Below, one piece after another: positions 60,110 to 64,000 of a stretch of 64,000 nucleotides of DNA. Position 1 is the first letter of the stretch, and each line of letters opens with the position of its first letter. The DNA is taken from the NCBI GenBank assembly GCA_013239625.1, contig MU054001.1, forward strand, positions 434,001 to 498,000, given 5' to 3'. Both the position numbers and the translations under genes were made by a program. Source of the stretch: Lama guanicoe (Eukaryota). The notes under the pieces are model-generated. The model was given only the letters and a program-made list of their open reading frames with translations. It made no database searches and was not told where the DNA came from.

Positions 60110-60480
60110 CATCGTTGATTCACACATTAGCCCTCATATGGGACAAGCTCTGTCAGGCACTGGGGACCCTGAGAAGATCCTGGCCCTGCCCCAGTCTCCA
60201 GGAACCCCCAGTCCTAGCCAGAATATCTCCCAGTGGCACCCTGGGGTGGGCCGTGAGCCTTGGGGGTGGGTGCAGTGGTGAGTACAGAAGTGACAGCAGT
60301 AGGGACACTTCCTAGAAGTGGTGACCTTTGTTTGAGCTGGGACTTGGAAGGGGATGGGACCTTGGCTGGAGAGAACTTTGCCAGGCAGAGGCAGGGGCTG
60401 TTGCTGGCAGAGGGAATCACCTGCACAAAGGCTTGGGGGCAGGAGAGAAGCTGGAAAATGATCGGATGGGGAGACCTGGG
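60110..60480 (-). mobile_element. L2 LINE fragment
   Basis: tgtcaggcactggggaccct...ccctgccccagtc...cttcctagaagtggtgacctttgtttgagctggg...ggcagagggaatcacctgcacaaaggc. Confidence 0.75.
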
Positions 60481-61846
60481 GAGCATTCCAAAGAGATCCT
60501 GGCAAGGCAGGTTAGGGTGGGGCCAGGCAGGGTCATGGGGTGAGTGGGCAGGGTTGGGGGCATGGCCTTTGGGGTATAACGCCTGCTCGCTCTCAGCCCC
60601 TGAGGCTAAAGCCTGGCTGGGTCCACATTCCCTCTCTCCTACCCTTCACAATGGAGAAGCCATTTTTTCAAGGTCCCCAGGGCAGGATTCTCCATCATCT
60701 GGTCATTTGTGGACCACAGGCATTTCAAGTCCCAAACAAGTACCAAGGTCTGGGCTCCCTGTGGGCTCTTTCAGATCATCAGGAAGCAGAGGTGACTCCT
60801 CAATGTGGCCCCCTGGAAAAGGACTCAGACAGCCTCTGGGCTGCAGCTCAGGGCACGGCTCAGTCCCAAGAGGAGTCCACTGGGCATACTTCCAGGTTCC
60901 TGATTAACAAGGTGGCCTAATAGAGATGCTCTGCCCCTGGGAGCCCTCCAAGGGGCTTCCCGAGGGCAGCGCCCAGTTGCCAAGCTCTAACTATAGGTCA
61001 CTGGTTTGAACTGGAGGATATCTGGAGAGGCGGCCTGGGTCAAGGTCCCAGCTCCCTGGCCTTCACTCCTTCTGCACTCTTTCTCTGTCACCTTCAGTAA
61101 GAGAGCCTGCTGGCTCAGAGCCACCAAGCTCAGTTCCCATCTCAGCTCCCCTCTTTCCACGTGACCTTGGGCAAGTTAATGAATTAATTAGAAGAGAAGC
61201 TTCATGCGTCTTTGCTTTCTTCTATTCTCCATCCCCAGAGCTGGAAACACAGTGTGGCACATAGAAAGTGCTCAGTAAATACCTGTGGACCCTCCGAAGC
61301 TCTGAAAGCCTTAAACGCCTTGGTTTCCTCATGTGTGTAAAACAGGCAAAATAACAGTACTTATCTCAAAGTTAGTTGTGAGTGTCAAATAGAATAATCC
61401 ACTAAAAATACTACTCCGGGTTCACAGAGCCCGGGAGGCCCTCAGTAACTAAGAGATCATAGCGTTATCACCACTATAACCATCGCCGCCGCCCTCACCC
61501 TTTAGAGCCCCCCAAAGCGCTTTCAGTCACATGACCGCTCGGGAGTTTCTCAGTAACACTAGGGGATGTCAGGTGTGCTGCACGGGGGTCCAGAGAGGTC
61601 AAGACTCTTTCCCAAGGCCACACTGCTCTGAAGTGGCAGAGCAACCTGGCTCCCTGACCACCCTAGCGCCTCCCGGCTCCCATCTAGAGAGGTCTACCTT
61701 GGCTTGTCCTTTCAGGTATCCATCCCGAGCCCAGCATAGTGTCGGGCTGAGGAGTTACCCAGGAGACTCTCTGACTGAATGAGGTTGGTCACACCCCCAT
61801 TTTATTTGTGGCTAGGACATGGTAGAGGAAACTTAATGGTGTAAGG

Positions 61847-62065
61847 CGGAAGTCAGCAAGCGTCTGTAAAGGACCACATAAATATTTGGGCCTTTGTGGG
61901 CCACGTGGAGTTTCTGCCTCAACCACTGAACACAAAACCAGGTAGCCCCAAAGCAGCCTGAGACCATACATCAGTGAATGGGCGTGGCTATTTCCAATAA
62001 AACTTGATTTACAAAACAGGCAACAGGCTGGGTTTGGCCCAGAGGTCACAGTTGGCCAATTCTTG
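61847..62065 (+). mobile_element. MER58A-like (hAT-Charlie MITE)
   Basis: tctgtaaaggaccacataaatatttgggcctttgtgggcca...gaatgggcgtggctatttccaataaaacttgatttacaaaacaggc...tttggccc. Confidence 0.9.
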
Positions 62066-62379
62066 ATATAAGAGGACAAACTTAAACCAACGGTGAAAAA
62101 TTGGGTCTGCTTTCAACCTACTGGCTCCTTTCCTTTGAGTCTCAATTTCCCCATTAGTACAATGAGAGGGTTGAACTAGACCATTGGTCTCACACTGAAC
62201 TTCCTAAAGGACAGGCAAATAGGACAGAAGTGTGACGTGGTTGGGGGTGGGAGGGGGACAAGCTGGAGGCCACCTCTCTCTTCTTGGGTAGCTGTGACTT
62301 AACTCCTGCTGATGGTGGCCAGGTCTCCGGAGAATAATCTCAGCAAGCAGAATTGTACGTGAGCTGCTGAGATTTGTAA

Positions 62380-62580
62380 AAACTTTGTACTGCCATGTAG
62401 CATGCGCACGGGAACGTGCACATGGCTTCATTATCCACCTTGATGAATTTTCTCAAACTGAATACATCCATGTAACTAACACCCAAGCCAAGAGCAGGAG
62501 GTGACCAGCACACCAAAATCCTTCCTCCTACCGCTTTCCAGGAATCAATCCCAAGGGAACTGTTTCTTGACTTTGTTCCA
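62380..62580 (-). mobile_element. Old L1M 3' end fragment
   Basis: cttgatgaattttctcaaactgaatacatccatgtaactaacaccca. Confidence 0.75.
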
Positions 62581-62669
62581 GTTCTTAATGCAGCACCTAG
62601 TTCTCTCTCTCTCTCTTTAGCTCTGTGTAGACTAAATGCTTCGAAAGGCCACTGTTCAACACCTGGCTT

Positions 62670-63350
62670 GGGCCTGTCCGGCCCTCAGTGACTTGTTAGT
62701 GATGACACTTCCAGACACATGAAATCGCAGGCTGCTGCCGAGAACAGGCCAAGCAGAGCGGACAGCCCTGCGGGGCAGGTGGGCAGGTGGGCAGGGCCCG
62801 GGGAGTGAGTGGCCGATGTTTTCGTTCCCCTGAAGGCGTGTGCAGCGAGCAATCAGAGTGACAATGCAGCCCAAGGGGCATCTAAGTGCCTTCCGAGGAG
62901 GGCAGCGGGAGGAGGCCAGGCCGGGCAGGCGCACTCGGCCGGCTTATTAAAACCACTTTGATCCCGGGCTGCTTTGATATCCCGGGTCTTATAAAGAATT
63001 CACTTTCAGGGGTAAATATAGGTAGTTCAGAGAGATTTTATGACATACTGTACAGGCTCCTCTTCCAGAGACTTACTTAATTACTGCGGTGGGGAGGGCT
63101 GGGGGCAGCAAAAATGCTGACAGAGAGGGGCTGGCCTCGGTGTCGGCTGCAGTCCACCGGCAGCACTGCCAGGCTCACCCTGCAGCCCCTGCCAGGGGAG
63201 GGAGCGTCTGTGTTGGCCTCGCCACCACCCCTGCCCAGGAAAGGCCGAGGCTGGGGGAAGAGGGAGGACCCCGCTTTCCGCAGTTTGATCCAGGGCATTG
63301 GAAGAGGAGCGGGGCGAGAGGCGGGGGATGCAGGCCATGCCGCCTGATGG
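62670..63350. promoter_or_regulatory. CpG-enriched candidate enhancer or weak CpG island with paired TCF/LEF sites
   Basis: CTTTGAT at 62956-62 and 62972-78; TTTTATGAC, TTATAAA and TAATTA motifs; many retained CpGs; no repeat signature. Confidence 0.55.
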
Positions 63351-63359
63351 CCAGTGCCT

Positions 63360-63560
63360 GTCACAGTCAGACCTGGCTTCTAATGCAGGCTCTGCCACCG
63401 AGTTACCACAGGCCAAAGCACCTCTGAGAGCCTCGGTTTTCTCATTTGGAAAGTGGGAACAAGCAGCGCCCACCTCCTCGGGCAGGGGTAAGGAGGTTAT
63501 AGGCTCAGATGCAAGGGAGGGCCTGACAGTGCTTAGCACGTGGTCAGAAGAAAACCCAGC
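63360..63560 (+). mobile_element. MIR SINE
   Basis: cagtcagacctggcttctaatgcaggctctgccacc...gagcctcggttttctcatttggaaagtggg...gtgcttagcacg. Confidence 0.8.
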
Positions 63561-64000
63561 TTCACTGGTACCAGAACCATGCCCTTTGGTGGACCCCAGG
63601 CCCCATCTCGTTCCCTCCAGGCTGTAGGAGGAGATGCTGTGCTGCTGAGGACCCACTCTTGACATGCTCCTGGCTCAGACCCCTCCTCAGTCCGGAAGAC
63701 TTCCCCACCTACGCTGGTCCTGCAACACAGAACCAGCAGGATGCGGGATGCGGGTAGGGTAGTAAGTGCCCATGGCAGGAGAGGTAAAAAGAGGCCGGGG
63801 ACGGATTCCTGGGCTGCAAAGGAGCATGGACTAGAACAGTGCTTCTCACCCTTAACGTGTGGAGCTTCTCAAAAGGCGGATTCCGATTTCGCAGGTATGG
63901 GGCAGCGAGATTCGGCCTTTCTGCAGCATTTCCGATGCTGCTGGTTGGCAATCTGCCCTGCAAATTGAGGGCCTAGGTGATCCCTGGGGTTCTCCCGCCA

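Noticed and set aside
60260..60907. 215-aa plus-strand ORF, the longest in the window
   Set aside because: Starts in an antisense L2 remnant at a non-ATG codon, has low-information Gly/Ser/Trp composition, and is expected by chance in GC-rich DNA.
63081..63665. 194-aa minus-strand ORF
   Set aside because: Contains translated MIR sequence (HFPNEKTEALR) and GC-rich filler.
1..64000. tRNA, snRNA or rRNA genes, NUMTs, processed pseudogenes, CRISPR arrays or prokaryotic-type systems
   Set aside because: None recognised on either strand. tRNA-like boxes occur only as MIR heads, and the content is typical mammalian non-coding DNA. Very short exons could still have been missed without alignment data.

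Overview
This 64 kb window is eutherian mammal nuclear DNA, and I find no credible protein-coding exon, RNA gene or CRISPR array in it. The supplied ORFs are short, mutually overlapping, and fall on microsatellites, CpG-rich sequence or decayed transposons. The only protein-like fragments are LINE-1 ORF2 remnants (RT motif [16 protein letters not shown]-terminal YTMEYY...TWMFLENVILSEVSQ). A large part of the window is ancient interspersed repeat: MIR, L2, L3/CR1, L1M/HAL1, MaLR (MLT1) and ERVL (LTR16/33/41-like) LTRs, and hAT MITEs (MER20, MER58, MER96, MER102, MER5). A young L1 3' end resembles camelid L1 as I recall it, and no Alu, Bov-tA, PRE or CanSINE SINEs are visible, so the source is probably a camelid (inference). 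The unique sequence holds an orphan CpG island (~47.3-48.2 kb) and about ten repeat-free blocks rich in developmental transcription-factor motifs, which suggests a gene desert or large intron of a developmental regulator. The most notable observations are: (1) an old MLT1 LTR at 26.7-27.1 kb that looks converted into a CpG-rich promoter (CCAAT, CRE, CRE-ETS, GC box, polyA signal lost, splice donors on both sides); (2) a ~220 bp, ~95% identical templated copy inserted into an LTR 1.36 kb from its source; (3) a three-level L1 nest in which the middle L1 has its 5'UTR fused directly to ORF2; (4) a paired TCF/LEF plus HOX/CDX element at 62.9 kb. I see no evidence of a new multi-gene system. Repeat family names come from recalled consensus sequences and need confirmation with RepeatMasker/Dfam; most repeat boundaries are approximate.
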